From Lama glama (taxonomy: Eukaryota): a stretch of DNA of 64,000 nt. Made by a program: the position numbers and the translations under genes. The DNA is taken from assembly GCA_028534125.1 (NCBI GenBank), contig CM052816.1, positions 17,548,001 through 17,612,000 of the forward strand. Direction: 5' to 3'. Below are positions 37,205 to 50,130 of the stretch, piece by piece (position 1 is the stretch's first letter; every line of letters begins with the position of its first letter). The notes under the pieces are model-generated. The model worked only from the letters and a program-made list of their open reading frames with translations, made no database searches and had not been told where the DNA came from.

Positions 37205-37385
37205 AATTATAATAGCTAACCTTTATGAAGTGCTCACCCCATGCCTGGCCCCAAGCCAAGTGCTTTCCATAGTTCAGGCCTCTCCAGGTTGCGTTGGGTT
37301 TAGGATAAGAATGTGCTCAAATTTCATAACCAGCAAGTGAGGGAGCTGGGCTTCGAGTCCAGATCTGTCTGATTTGGAAGTTACT
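37205..37385 (-). mobile_element. MIR SINE
   Basis: 'aatagctaacctttatgaagtgctcac..atgcctggc..aagtgcttt' and 'agcaagtgagggagctgggcttcgagtccagatctgtctga'. Confidence 0.7.
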
Positions 37386-38604
37386 GCATTCTTCATTCCG
37401 CCTCATTAGCACTCAGAGCAAGCCTCTCTTAATCAGGAAACCCAAAGCAGCCGCAGACTGGCTATTTCACGGTGTCTGGGAAACTGGAGGGTCATGTGTC
37501 TGAAGGTGTAGAAAGCCCAGGAAATGGCTGAGGATGGATCCTCAGGCCGAGGCTGAACTGGGTTCTGGAACCAGAGTGAAGTGCACAGTCACCAGTGACA
37601 GGTTGTGGCCAGGTACTGTGACCAGCAGTCAGAGCAGTACAGCCCTGGTCGTGGGCCATCCCTCCATCACAGCCAGGTGGATGTTCTTTGATCGTTCCGT
37701 GGATGTGAAGTCCTTCCACCAGAAAGGCTTTCCTGAGACCCTGCAGACGTAGAGAAAAAGGCAGCCCCGCACACTTGACAAACGCATTAACTTCCCCAGT
37801 GCTGCCTGCAGGAGGCATTTGATAAGATGTTTGCAAGGCCACAGTGTTTTCCTAATGACCATGTGTGTCAGGAGAGGGCCTTATCTTTCATTGAGGCCTG
37901 ATGTAGATTCGCTGATGACTTTACAGTGTTAGCTAAATGTCAGGAAAGATACATGTCATGATCTGGGTGCTTCCGTTGCCGCGGGACACCAAGTGGTGCG
38001 AACGTTCTTTAATGAGCGAGTGTTGCTGATTGGAGCAGCTGCCTTTCAGGGAAGCGGTTGCTCTTGAATAAAAGATTTCTCTTTAGTATCCCAGTTATTT
38101 CCTCTTTGACCCTCTTTCTGTCAAAATATGCAAGGCATATTCCTCACCCCTTGACATCCAGTGCCTGTTAGAGCCTTATTAGCATTTGTTCTCATTGATG
38201 TTCATTGCATTTTAAATCCAGCAAGGACGTGATTAAGAGGTGGAAAATCGCCGGACTTTGTCCGTGTGTGACTGTCAGATCATGGCATGATGACCAGCTC
38301 AGCATTTAATCACCTCTCTTGTGTGTTCCTTTCCTTTCTTACTCCTGGAGGGAGAAAGTTCAATTCCAAGTCATGCTGTGGCTTGGCAGGAGGGAGGGGC
38401 AGGAGGGGATGTAGAAGCTGTTGGTTCTGAGTGTGTGGAGTGGCATGCTGGGGCCTGGGAGACACGTTCCACCTGCCATTCACCCCAGGCACCTGGCCCA
38501 CATCAATCTCCACAAGAACAGGCCAGTCGTAGGGGTTTATGTGGGCTTGAGGCTGGTCTAAGTGGTGACCCCGTGGGATCCCAAGTAGTCCCCATGCTAG
38601 TTCT

Positions 38605-38868
38605 ACGAGATAGGGCGCTCATGATGGGATGCATGTCCCTTTAAGAAGAGACACTAGCGGGCTTATTGCTTTTCTCTGTCTGCCATGTGAGGACACAGTG
38701 AGAAGGCAGCCATCTACAAACCAGGGGGAGAGTCCTCCCAGGGGGACCGAGTGAGTCAGCACCTTGATCTAGGACTCGTAGCCTCCAGGACTGTGAGATA
38801 CAAATTTCTGTTGTTCATGCCACCTGGTCCATGGTATTCTGTTACAGCAGCTTGAGCTGACACAGACT
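38605..38868 (+). mobile_element. MaLR solo LTR (MLT1A/MST-like)
   Basis: 'tgccatgtgaggacacagtgagaaggcagccatctacaaacca...gcaccttgatct.ggact..agcctccag.actgtgaga..aaatttctgttgtt..gccacc...atggtatt.tgttacagcagc'. Confidence 0.92.
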
Positions 38869-39649
38869 GGTTCGTTTCACCACTTGGAGGAGCTTACCCA
38901 AGTTCCCTAGTCAGTGCCCCCAGGTCAGTCTGGGTAGTGATCTGCAGTGTGGGCTCCCTGGCTCCTCTCCCCTCTGCGAAGTGCCTGGGGTTAGTGTCTG
39001 CTGGGGTCTTGCTGCTTGTTTTCTCCCTGGGAGGATTTCTAATGGTTCTGTCACTGAGCCCTGGGTCCTTCGCAGAGCCTGGAATCATAGGCACCGGGAA
39101 GATACCAGCAGAGTGAGTGAATGCATGGCATGGAGTGAATGAATGAGTGAGTATGACAGCCTGGGATGGAAGCCAGCTAAGGAAGGAAACAGACAGAGGG
39201 GACCACAAGTCGCTCACCACCCTTCCCTCAGGTTGTGTGCATCCCTCTCCGTGAACAAGGGACCCTTGAGCTGTCTCTCCACTGCATCTGGCCTCCCCAG
39301 AGACTCCCCACATCGGGGGGCGTTGCCTTGGTCATCTGGAACAATCCCGAGCGGTCTCACATTGTCCTGTGCCATGTGAGCCCAGCTCCGCCTCCTTGTC
39401 AGCTCAGGTGACAGCGCCCCATGGGGGCCCAAACCTCTGGTTCCATTTGAGCGCCAGGCAGGATGGGAAAGAGGGGTTAAAGCCTGCAAGTGCAAGTCTG
39501 TTGTACAGAGCAGCATCTAGGTCATTCTTCCAACACAAAAGAAATGAAATACAGCTCTCCCGGCTGCTGGCAGCTGCTTGCTGCAAGAACCCTGCTGCTC
39601 TGTGCAGAAGAACACCAGGCGGGCACCGGGCCGTTTTAATAAAATACAC

Positions 39650-40150
39650 CAAGATTAATAAGGGAGATACACCCTCCCCTGGAACCCACTGTCCTGTGTG
39701 CGGGGAGAAGCAGAAGCAGCAGAGACAGGGGAATGGGGGCAGGGAGAGGGAGGCACCCAAGGCAGCAGCCTGAGAGGCCAGACCAGGAAACTTCCTGGGA
39801 GGAAGGGTAGCCTATGGCAAGGGTCTCAAACCTGGGTCCAGCCTGAGTTCCTAGCAGTGCTGGGACGCCCTGAGGTGGTGTGCTGAGTGCTCTGTGTGCC
39901 CCCTTGCGTGCTGCCTCCCGCCTGGCCGGCTTCTTGTGAGTTGCACGGGGCCTTTGCACGTGCTGTTCCTCCTGCCTGCAGCATCCCCTCTCTCTCTGCC
40001 TGGGGAGCTCCCACTCTTCCTTCAGGTCTGTTTCTTGGGGGAAGCTTCCCAGACACCCCAGACTAGGTTGCAGGTGCCTATTGTTCAGATTCAGGGGGCA
40101 CGGTCCCTGCCTTTATGACATTTTGCATAGTTGTAATTTTACCTTAAATT
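39650..40150. mobile_element. Degenerate L2 fragments (minus ~39650-39870, plus ~39940-40150)
   Basis: 'gaccaggaaacttcctgggaggaag' and 'gggcctttgcacgtgctgttcc...ccttcaggtc...gggaagcttcccagacacccc'. Confidence 0.6.
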
Positions 40151-40679
40151 GTAACCTCCCCTTCCCCCTTCTTTGCTTATCTTATTTATTCTCTCACTTC
40201 ACAAGGTAAACTGGAATTCACTTCTCATTCATTAGTATGTTCACATTTGGAAACAGTTTTCCCAGCCCTCTCTCAGCATCATCTTCTGGTTCAAAAGCCG
40301 ATCGTTAGCGATCCACAAGTTTTGAGGAAAACTTTGGTTGGATTATTTTGGGCTGTTGAGTGTGTCTTCTAGGGTCAGGTGTTATGCCCACTTCAGACAG
40401 TATTGTGAGGAGAGGGTCAAGAGTTAGAGAAACTATCTTTTGGGGGTCGGTTGGGTAGGTTCGGCAGGGCAAGGAAGCCTGGGTGGGAAGGCACATGGGA
40501 TAATAGTCCCCCTGTGGTTTCCTAACCAGAGGTGGAAAACTAAGAGGTATCCCCTGGTCTGCAGCTCAGTTACAGCCCTTCTGCTGCTTAAAGCAGTAGC
40601 TTCTTTGCCTCCTGCCCTAAGCTTTGAGAGCAGCGATAAGCTCTTTATTTATTATTTTTTTTGGTGGTATTGTTTGCTT

Positions 40680-41595
40680 GTTTCTTTTATTTATTTATTT
40701 TTTGTAAAAGTATAGTTGACTTACAATATTGTTTCTAGTATACAGTGGAGTGATTCAGTTATGTATATATTTTTCAGATTATTTTTCGTTATAGGTTATT
40801 ATAAGTTAATGAATGTAGTTCTATGTACTATACAGTAAAACCTTGTTGCTTATCTATTTTATGTGTAGTAGTGTGTATCTCTTAATCCCATACTCCTAAT
40901 TTATCCCTGTCCCCAACCCTTTCCCCTTTGGTAACCATAAGTTTGTTTTCTATGTCTGTGAGTCTGTTTCTGTTTTGTTTATAGATTCATTTGTATTATA
41001 TTTTAGATTCCAAATATGTGATATAATATTTATCTGACATCACTTAGTATGATAATCTCTAGACCCACCCATGTTGCTGCAAATGGCAATATTTCTTTCT
41101 TTTTAATGGCTGAGTAATACTCTTCTCTCTCTGTGTATATGTGTGTGTGTGTGTGTATATATATATATGCACACACATACATACATATATATATATATTC
41201 ATATGTACACATGTCACATCTTCTTAAGCCAGTTGTCTGTTGTTGGGCATTTGGATTGTTTCTGTGTCTTGGCTGTTGTAAGTAGTGCTGCTGTGAACAT
41301 TGGGTTGCATATATCTTTTTGAATTAGAGTTTTCATCATTTTTGGGTACATGCCCAGGAGTGGGATTGCTGGACCATATGGTGACTCTATTTTTAGTTTT
41401 TTAAGGAACTTCCATGCTGTTTTCCATAGTGGCTGCACCACGTTACATTCCCACCAACAGTGTAGGAGGATTTCCTTTTCTCCACACCCTCTCCAGCATT
41501 TATTACTTGAGACTTTGATGATGGCCATTCTGACTGGTGTGAGGTGATACCTCTTTGTGGTTTTGATTTGCATTTCTCTAGTAATTAGCAATGTT
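40680..41595 (-). mobile_element. 5'-truncated L1 (ORF2 C-terminus and 3' UTR)
   Basis: ORF 41214-41591 is the L1 ORF2p end ([40 protein letters not shown], cysteine-rich motif); 3' UTR 'tttggtaaccataagtttgttttctatgtctgtgagtctgtttctg' and a poly-T end. Confidence 0.97.
41124..41212. repeat. Compound (CT)/(TG)/(TA)/(CA) microsatellite
   Basis: Directly visible inside the L1. Confidence 0.9.
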
Positions 41596-42369
41596 GTTGT
41601 TGAATTTTATGAAATGACTTTTCTGCTTTATCAAATGCCTTTTCTGCTTTATCTAAGCATCCCAAGAGCTCAGTAGATTCAGGACAGGTAGTTGGTGCCT
41701 AACAGGTATTGACTGAAACAGTGTGAAAGAGAGGAGATGTACAGAGAGATTTCCAAACTTTTTATGCGGAAAAATTTTGTTGGCATGTGTGGTTTACATG
41801 GGACAGCATGAAGGACAATGGGCAGATAAAAATGGGGAGCTAGAGGAGCTTAACATGGGATAGTCATGGTAATAATAGGTCTTGTGTGTTGGCACTTCTG
41901 ATTTTCTGCTCACTATATGCCCGTTGTCTAATTTAATGTTTTTAGGCATGTCTCTAGTGGAATTATTTATATTTTTTTCATTAAGCTGTAAACTTCTTAA
42001 GCAAAAGTGTCTTCTAAATGTTTCACCTGGGGCCATGATCCCTTGAAGCTGCTCTAGAAATACCCAGAGACTTGATTTCTTTAAACTTTGGCTTTATTTT
42101 CTTCCCTGCACAGTGCTCCAGGGCTGCTGCCTCCCGACTATTGACAGCATTGGGTGGGATGGTTCAGGGATGTTGCTGGCTTAAGGGGGTCCAGGAGAGG
42201 CCAGGCTGCTCCAGTGCATCACACATTTCTGACCAGTTGTTGCTGTCTGGTGATTGTCAGCGGTTCACTTTGGGAAGCAGAGGAGTAGAACCTTAGGCAG
42301 GGAAGCTGTAGAGGAAGGCAAACCAGAAATTATAGGCAAACTCCCTCCCCTGTATCCAGATTGATAGAA

Positions 42370-42690
42370 AGTCAGTATAATCCAAGTAATTTTATTTCAT
42401 CTGCTTTAAAACATATTGAATAGGTGAACAAACAAAACACCACCACTAAAAGCACAGAATCCCTGCTGTCTGACTCAGTTGTCACAGCTTGTGCTGTCCC
42501 TCTCTTCCTTGTGCGCGCGCGTGCTCTCTCCCCCCTGCCCGCCCCCCGTCTCTGGCTCAGCAATGTAAGCATTGCAAGGTCTGCTGTTTAAAAATTGCAA
42601 CCACTGTTGTTTGCTGTTCTCTTAATTTGCTTGGTCTGATTCTGTTTGTTTGTTTTGCTGCCAATTGGTCCACAGGTACTTAGTTGGAGC
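42370..42690 (+). promoter_or_regulatory. Candidate internal promoter or enhancer
   Basis: Repeat-free block with AP-1 TGACTCA (42471), GTGCGCGCGCGTGC (42511-42524), GC-box CCCGCCCC (~42538), CCAATTGG (42661) and TGTTTG forkhead-like repeats. Confidence 0.4.
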
Positions 42691-42984
42691 ATCTGTCTCC
42701 CTTTCTGTCCCCTTTACTTGGAGCCATGCTCTTTCCCCTCTGGTGGCCTCCCGATTTCACACTGGAGGCTGTGATGGGCTCCCTGCCCCACCTGTTTTTC
42801 TGATTAAACTCCTGCCTAATCCTGGATGTCTTCACCTTACTCAATGACCTTCCTCTTCCAAGCAGCTGAACTATTTTGACAAACAGTTGACTGGTGGTAA
42901 ATGGCGACGATGCTTTGCCTGAATGTAGTCTTGCATGCTCATGGTGGGGATTGGGTGGGACTCTAGCTTTGACCGTCTGGGTCA

Positions 42985-43245
42985 GTTCGGAGTAAGGATT
43001 TAGAGCCTGGGTGTTGGGGTTGAACAGGTCTCTGTGCCCATCCTGGCTTCACCACTCTTTGGTGCAGTGGCTTTGGGCTGGTTGTTAATATTTTTGTCTC
43101 TTTTCTTGTCTGAAAAATGAAGATGATAATGCCTATCTCATAGGATTGTTGTGAATATTAAGGGAGATCTTGTATCTCTACATTATTTAGCACAACACCT
43201 GGCAGTGGGTTTTCAGTAAACAGTAGCTATTTGTGGTGTTATTAT
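42985..43245 (+). mobile_element. MIR SINE, near full length
   Basis: 'atcctggcttcaccact...tttgggc...aaaatgaagatgataatgcctatctcataggattgttgtgaatattaa...ttagcacaacacctggca'. Confidence 0.85.
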
Positions 43246-45354
43246 CTTGCTTATAGATTTTGATGAGCTGTTGTTCCAAATTTTCCATTTTGGAAACATC
43301 ACATTGTCCGCTTACCTGCATGGCATTCTGGACCTTCATAAGACTGAAAAATATTATCTTGTCCTTGAAGCACTTGGAGAAAATTCTTGAGACAAGTCAA
43401 TGAAATTCTTGACTGAAGTACAGAGAGCCCCATCTTTGTGTGTTTGCCTGCCCACTGAACCCTTGTGCGGAGAGGTCTTCCGGGGACCCGTCTCCTGTCT
43501 CTGCCTCCCCTGGTATCTGTTGGGAGTCCACACCATGCTCAGGGCCTTTGCTGTTCCCTCTGGGACAACTTATGGGGATTCTCTTTGTCCTGGTGCTGCC
43601 AGAAATTTTGGGACTGTACTTTTGAGAGCCATCGTATGTGAATGGTGCTACAGAGTGTTTAATGAGGTCGACCGTAATACATGTTTGAAAACTGTATAAG
43701 ATGAGTTAGGAAAACAGCTTTGATTGCATGAGTAATATTTAAAGTGCTGTTAAAAATGCAGTGACTTCTCTGTCAATAATAGAAAACCTTCTGAGCTCTG
43801 GAGAAATTTTTAAAACAAGACCCAGTGGCTCTTGCCCGTCTTGGTACAAGCTTCCGTTAAACAGATGATTCATGTTACGAGAGTGGAAAGATTAACATGA
43901 ATTATGGGAAGATTATTCTAAGACTTGCACGTCTGATTTATGAATGCATTAGGAGGCAGATTGCTCCGCCACCGGCTTTTTTAAAGGAAGATCTTAGCTT
44001 ACTAAACTGTCGAAGACTCTTAAAAAGTAAAGGTTTGCCCCGATATTGGTGTTACTTTTAAGGACCTATCTCAGGGTTCCTTATTTATGGAGGGAAAACT
44101 TGTTTGCAGGGGAGAGGCGCTACCCACGTCTGTCAATTCCACGGTAGACTCTAGACTTCCTCCCAATCCTGACTTAATTAGTAAGGTTGAGAAGGTCGGA
44201 ACTCCCCCTTAGGGGGTAAACCTTTGAGTCTAAGGGCTATGGGTGGGTTGAGGGGAAGGCTGGGAAGAACCCAAGATTCATTCAGGTTGGCCAGAGACTC
44301 CCATGTTGATGAAGGAAGAAGCTGAGGCTCTTCTGCTCACCAGCCACAGCATTGCCCTTAGGGGTCTTCATGGAGAACCCTGGGCTGGAAACTGTAGTGT
44401 GGAGGAGGAGGGAGGCTGAGCAGGGGAGCAGCTGCTGAGAGCTGGGTGTTCTGCTGCCTATAAGCTTGTGTGAGTGTCGTCATCAAAAGCATGAGTTGAG
44501 GCCCTCCTGCTTCTCAGGACCCATGCTGGGTGCTGGGACACTGACTAGAACCTCACATGGTTGCTCCCTGAGAGGAGCTACGTTTCTCTAGGGACCACAG
44601 ATGATGGAATGATAGTGGTCAGGTGGTGAGTACTAACGAGCAGTTTGCATGCATCTCAGTCACCTGGTCCTCACAGCACCTCTTGGAAGGAGGCACTAGT
44701 GTTAACATCATTCTGCAGATGAGGAGCCTTAAGGCCACACAGACAGTGGTAACTGATGGAGCCACACTTCACCAGCTTTGCCTATCTCCAGCCTTGGCTC
44801 TTAAATCCTGCCTCATCCTAGATGTGAAAGTGTTGGGCACAGTCCTAACAATACAGAGCCCAGGAGCAGCGGGCAGGGAGGGAGGATAAGGTCCTGTCCT
44901 TCATATGCATTGATCTGCTGGGTGTTAAGTGAGTGAATTGGCCCCGTGGTCTGTTTGCCAGGCATCAGCAGGGCAGGGGGAGCTCTGTATAAAGGTTCCT
45001 CATGTTCTGCAACCTTTTGTGTACCCACTCCTCACCCAAGTGCTTGAAAAGAGTGACTCCACTTTTCTCCAGCTTTGTGTGGATTCTTCTTTCAGGTCAC
45101 CTGAGTAGCAATGGCAGACAAACCAAGGTGCCACTGGCACCTAGAAATGAGCTGCACAGGGTTCAGGATGGAAACTGCAGGGCTAGGGGCTCTGCTGTAC
45201 TCTGAAAGGACTGGTGGGTGTTTTGTGGTCTTGCTTTTCAGATTTACCACCAGAGGTAAATTGTGTAGACACGTGTACATGTGATAACGCCTGTGCTCAA
45301 CGCAAGGAAAATGATGTGTGGGCCTCTTGTCCTGGGAATATGTGTAGGTGGCAG

Positions 45355-45760
45355 TTTGTCCGTTTGTTCATCAGACTCAGTTGAACACCTACTGCATGCT
45401 GAGCACTGTGGGAAGGGCTTGGGTTTAGTGGTATAGAGGTCAGGTGATGTTACTGCCTCCTGGAACCTGATGACCTAGTGTGGAAACAAACCACAAACAA
45501 TCATCCACATTGCTGTTGGATTACAAAAGCTATGAAGGAAAGACCCAGAGCCACAGCAGAGGAGAGAGAGGTGAGGGTGGAGGATTAACCTAGACTCTTG
45601 CCAAGCATGGTGGCCAGCAAGACCTTCCTGAACAAGTGCCAGCTGAGCTGAGAGCTACAGGTTGAACCGGCGTTAGGCAGGTAAAGAGAAGGTGGAGAGC
45701 ATTCCAGGGAAGAGGAGCAGCAAGTGCCTAGAACAGAAAGGAGACCACCGTGACTGGTGT
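45355..45760 (-). mobile_element. L2 LINE fragment
   Basis: 'gttgaacacctactgcatgctgagcactgtg', 'aagaccttcctga...tgagctgaga' and 'agagcattccaggg..gaggagcagcaagtgc'. Confidence 0.85.
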
Positions 45761-45854
45761 ACAGTAGACGAGGGGGAAGGAGGGCAAGATGGGCAAGGGA
45801 CCCCCAGTGCCTTGGGCGTTGGATAAGGTGGAGAGCCCATGGACTCACATGGAC

Positions 45855-46035
45855 CTGCATGTGCCACCTGCTAGCTGTGTGATCTTGGACTGAGGACATA
45901 ACCTCTCTAAGCTGTAGCCCCCTCTTTAAAAATGCAGATGAAAATGCTCTAAAGGTTGCTATACAGATACGATCACAGAATTTGTGTGCCTAGCCCCACG
46001 GTCCCTGGCATGCTATAGGTACAGGAAATGTCACT
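45855..46035 (+). mobile_element. MIR SINE
   Basis: 'tgccacctgctagctgtgtgatcttgg...aacctctctaagc'. Confidence 0.75.
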
Positions 46036-46795
46036 TTTCTTGCCCACTCCCTTTCCTCTAGGTTTCGAGTTGATGAACCAGCCACAGGTGTGCAAACGGT
46101 GGGTCAGCATTAGTGGAAAATGCTTGCAAATCTTTGTTTAACCCCTGTCCTCCTCCAAATAGGCCGCTTCCCAGAAAGGCCAGTGGCAGGTAGGGGAGTT
46201 GGGGGAGGGTCAGGCTGGGTGTTCACTGCCCTGCTTGCTTGAGGTTGATGAGGTCAGAGTTTATTCTAGAGTAAAAAGCAGGAGGTGAGCCAGTTGCAGG
46301 GGCTGGAGAAAGAGCCAGGGTCCTGGAACCTCAGGCTTGTTTGTATTGAGATGGATAAACAGAAGCTGTGCTGTACCCTCTCTGCTCACTTGAACTGCCA
46401 TCCACACCTGCCTCTGACAGAGGAGGGCCTCCCGGGCTCACTCAGAGGGTGCTTTTGTGCATCTCCAGGCTGCTCCCTGGCTCTGCCAGACAGCTGTGCC
46501 TTGCTTCCAGTGCTCATCCTATTTTCCTGATGACTTAGTTTATTTCGGAAAGTCTCCATTTTAATTTGTCTCACTTCCCTTTATTTTGTACTTCCAGTGA
46601 TCCCGGTGTTCTGGATATGATCATGGACAAAATAAACAGAGTCCCTGCCCTCGTGTTGTCTCCTAATGGCTCCAGGGTAGTGAGGATTCCTGACCTTGGC
46701 TTACAGGGGAGATAGCTGAGGCTTAGATCATTTGCTCACTGTCAGGCAGAGCAGGGATTCCCTTCCAGATGTCTCTGACCTCAGGTCCTATGCTC

Positions 46796-47141
46796 TTTTT
46801 TTTTTTTTTTAACATTTTTTATTGATTTATAATAATTTTACAATGTTGTGTCAAATTCCAGTGTAGAGCACAATTTTTCAGTTATACATGAACATATTCA
46901 TTGTCACCTTTTTTTCTGTGTGAGCTACCATAAGATCTTGTATATATTTCCCTGTGCTATACAGAATAATCTTGTTTATCTATTCTACATTTTGAAATCC
47001 CAGTCTATCCCTTCCCACCCCTTGCCCCCTTGGCAACCACAAGTTTGTATTCTATGCTTATGAGTCTGTTTCTGTTTTGTATTTATGTTTCGTTTGTTTG
47101 TTTTTTATTTTCAGATTCCACATATGAGCAATCTCATATGG
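46796..47141 (-). mobile_element. Young lineage-specific L1 3' end running into a gap
   Basis: Clean poly-T, then 'ttttattgatttataat..tttacaatgttgtgtcaaattccagtgtagagcac...ggcaaccacaagtttgt..tgagtctgtttctgttttg..agattccacatatgag'. Confidence 0.92.
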
Positions 47142-47641
47142 NNNNNNNNNNNNNNNNNNNNNNNNNNNNNNNNNNNNNNNNNNNNNNNNNNNNNNNNNNN
47201 NNNNNNNNNNNNNNNNNNNNNNNNNNNNNNNNNNNNNNNNNNNNNNNNNNNNNNNNNNNNNNNNNNNNNNNNNNNNNNNNNNNNNNNNNNNNNNNNNNNN
47301 NNNNNNNNNNNNNNNNNNNNNNNNNNNNNNNNNNNNNNNNNNNNNNNNNNNNNNNNNNNNNNNNNNNNNNNNNNNNNNNNNNNNNNNNNNNNNNNNNNNN
47401 NNNNNNNNNNNNNNNNNNNNNNNNNNNNNNNNNNNNNNNNNNNNNNNNNNNNNNNNNNNNNNNNNNNNNNNNNNNNNNNNNNNNNNNNNNNNNNNNNNNN
47501 NNNNNNNNNNNNNNNNNNNNNNNNNNNNNNNNNNNNNNNNNNNNNNNNNNNNNNNNNNNNNNNNNNNNNNNNNNNNNNNNNNNNNNNNNNNNNNNNNNNN
47601 NNNNNNNNNNNNNNNNNNNNNNNNNNNNNNNNNNNNNNNNN
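47142..47641. other. Assembly gap (500 N)
   Basis: Run of N. Confidence 1.
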
Positions 47642-49729
47642 GCTGCTTCCTCTGACACCCATGGGGGTGGATGAGCTTCATGATGTACTTGGGCTTGATC
47701 GAAGGCACTTCAGCTCAAAGAAACTCACCCACCAGCTCTCTGATGTCTAAAAACCTGTCTTGGGAGTGCAGATCTTTTGGTTTATTACTGAATCTAGGAC
47801 AAATCATTTCTTCAGTATTAGTCATTACATTCTCATGTGAATGAAATGTAGCTTATTTCCTGAGATGAGATTGTGCTGAGAGAGGAGGATGTAGACGTTG
47901 TACTCCCGAGAGGGTCAGGTGAGCACAAGGAGTGGAACAAAAAAGCCAGGAGGAACCCAAAGGGCACATGACTTGGAGACCAGCGCTGATAAAAGAAACT
48001 CCCACTGCCCAGTGTTGCCAAAGGGCAAGGTTCTCGGACTTCTCGGCCACAGGTCATGGACTGGGAGTAGCCAGCCGAGCATCTTGGATTTCACCCTGCT
48101 CTGCTCTTCTGGTCTGAAACTCTAGCCAGGTGTTCTTACTTTATATAATCCATGAAGACCCTCATTCCTTTGCACGGGCCTGCAGTTTCTGTTGCTCTGC
48201 AACACTCTGTTCATCACTTCTGCGGAACACTGTCTGTTGGAAATCCACTTTACTTGGTCCTAAATGGGTAGGAAGGAGGTCACAAAAATGCTCCTTGAGA
48301 TGACAGTTATTACCACCTTCAGTGGATGCAATAGAGATTGGCTGGGCCACTAAATGGATTTATTTCTGTTTTCAGTTCTTGACGGTGATCAGTTATACAT
48401 GGTGAGTTGAAAGAAGAATCTAAGGTACTTCTTGATAACATGAGGGATAAAATGCCTTTCAGATTCTCAATTCTACTTTCTTCCATTGAGAGAGATTCTT
48501 GTTCTGAGAGGGACATAGGAGTGAGTTTTGGCACACAGAGGAGACGGCATAGACAGGGGAACAGGGACAGGGGATGCAGAATTTTCCTGCAGCGATGGGT
48601 CTGCCTCAGCCACCATCTTTGACGGCATTGTTTTCACAAAGGGCCTTCTGGGAAACACTAGCCCCTCAGAATGTTCCACGGATAAGAGTTTGCCTAATTA
48701 CATAGGTTTTAGCAAACCTTCGCCTGCCTGGTAGGGTTGGGCAGGCCCCGTGCGCCCACACGCTGCAGCCCTGATACCCCCCGGGGATGTCACTAAGCAC
48801 ATTCCCGAGGTGAAGGATGGGAGACATCCTGCAGTTAAAGAAACGGGTGTGCCAGCTTTAAAAATCAGCCCTTCTCAACTAATTTGGCCGCCAAAGCTTT
48901 TTTGTTTTCTTCCCTTGACACCTTATTAGAAGGAGTGAGTTTTTAGAAATGTTGCTGCATGAAATGATTTTCTCTTGGGATTAGCTGTTCCCCACATCAC
49001 TGTGAACATGCAGTTTTTGCAAACCTGTTAGAGCCACTGGCAGGGAACGCAGGGCCCTGGGAGTTGTCTCTGCTTCCCATGGGAGTGCAAGGGCTGTGCC
49101 TGGCATATTTAGGGTTATAATCTGTGGATCTCCTGCAGGGCCTGGTGCATAGGGTCTCAGTGAAAATTCTTGGAAGAAATCAACACAAGAAGGTTTGTGT
49201 TAAAAATTTGATAGTCCTGTGAAACTTTTATGGTTTACACAGATGTCCTCTGTGCTGGAAGGCATAGCCTCAAAATTCAGAGAGTTGACATATTTGGGTT
49301 TTTTTTTTTTTTTGGCCACAGTTTTTCCAAATCTGAGACATAATGATTGCATCCCTCAGGCCTAGACCATTTTCCTTGGTAGCATCTTAATTCCCTTTGT
49401 ACGGTGATACATCTGTTCGATTGCTGGAGCATCTTGACACATGAGAAGAGTAAAGCCTCCAGGAACAGGTTTTGTTTATTAGGAGCAGACCTTAAAATAC
49501 AGCGGCATTTATAATACTACTGAAAGGCATCCTGAGCAAGCACACGCCTTAGGAGACAGAGCTTTTTTCTTGTCTTTGAGACCCTGATTCCTAGAGCAGA
49601 AAGTCACTCCCACATGTGTGCAGGGTCTTTATATTGGAAGTCGTCCCCCTTGAGAGACTGCAGCCTGGATGCCCCAGCAAGTGCATGAGTAGAGATGGGG
49701 GAGCGTCACAAATGTGGTCTTGTGGCTTT

Positions 49730-50130
49730 CAGGGCTGTGGGACGCCAGAGGGCCAGCCTTGCCACCATGGGGAGGGATGCAGAGGGTCAGGGCTCTGATG
49801 ACAGACCTGGGTGCAAGTCCACAGTCCTGCAGTCCTTACCTCCGGGACCTTGGGTTAGTCACCCACCCACTCTGGCCTCCGTCATCTTGTAGGCAGAACT
49901 AAATCAAGACCTGCTCTCCACCTGACCAATAAGTCAACCTTCATTTTATCTTTTTAACAAACTTGTGAGAGGGTAGAATTATGAGCCTTGTACAAATTTA
50001 GAGTCTGGGGCTCAGAGAGGTACCACGACGTGGTATAGGGCACAGTCAGGAAGCAGCTGAGTCAGGAATCCAGTGCCAGTGGTGCCAAGGCTCCCAGTGC
50101 AGCCCTAACCACTCTCCTACATGGCCTCTG
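49730..50130. mobile_element. Two MIRs, tail-to-tail (plus ~49730-49900, minus ~49935-50130)
   Basis: 'ggctctg..acagacctgggtgcaagtcc..gggaccttggg.tagtcac' and 'ctggggctcagagagg...gcagctgagtcaggaatcca'. Confidence 0.65.

Noticed and set aside
41214..41591. 125-aa ORF with a cysteine-rich motif
   Set aside because: C-terminus of L1 ORF2p in a 5'-truncated copy, not a host gene
46062..46110. Acceptor-like CCCTTTCCTCTAG with a possible short exon
   Set aside because: Weak donor options and no recognisable peptide; such sites are common by chance
47030..47750. ORFs spanning the second gap
   Set aside because: Artefact of the N run; the left side is L1 3' UTR
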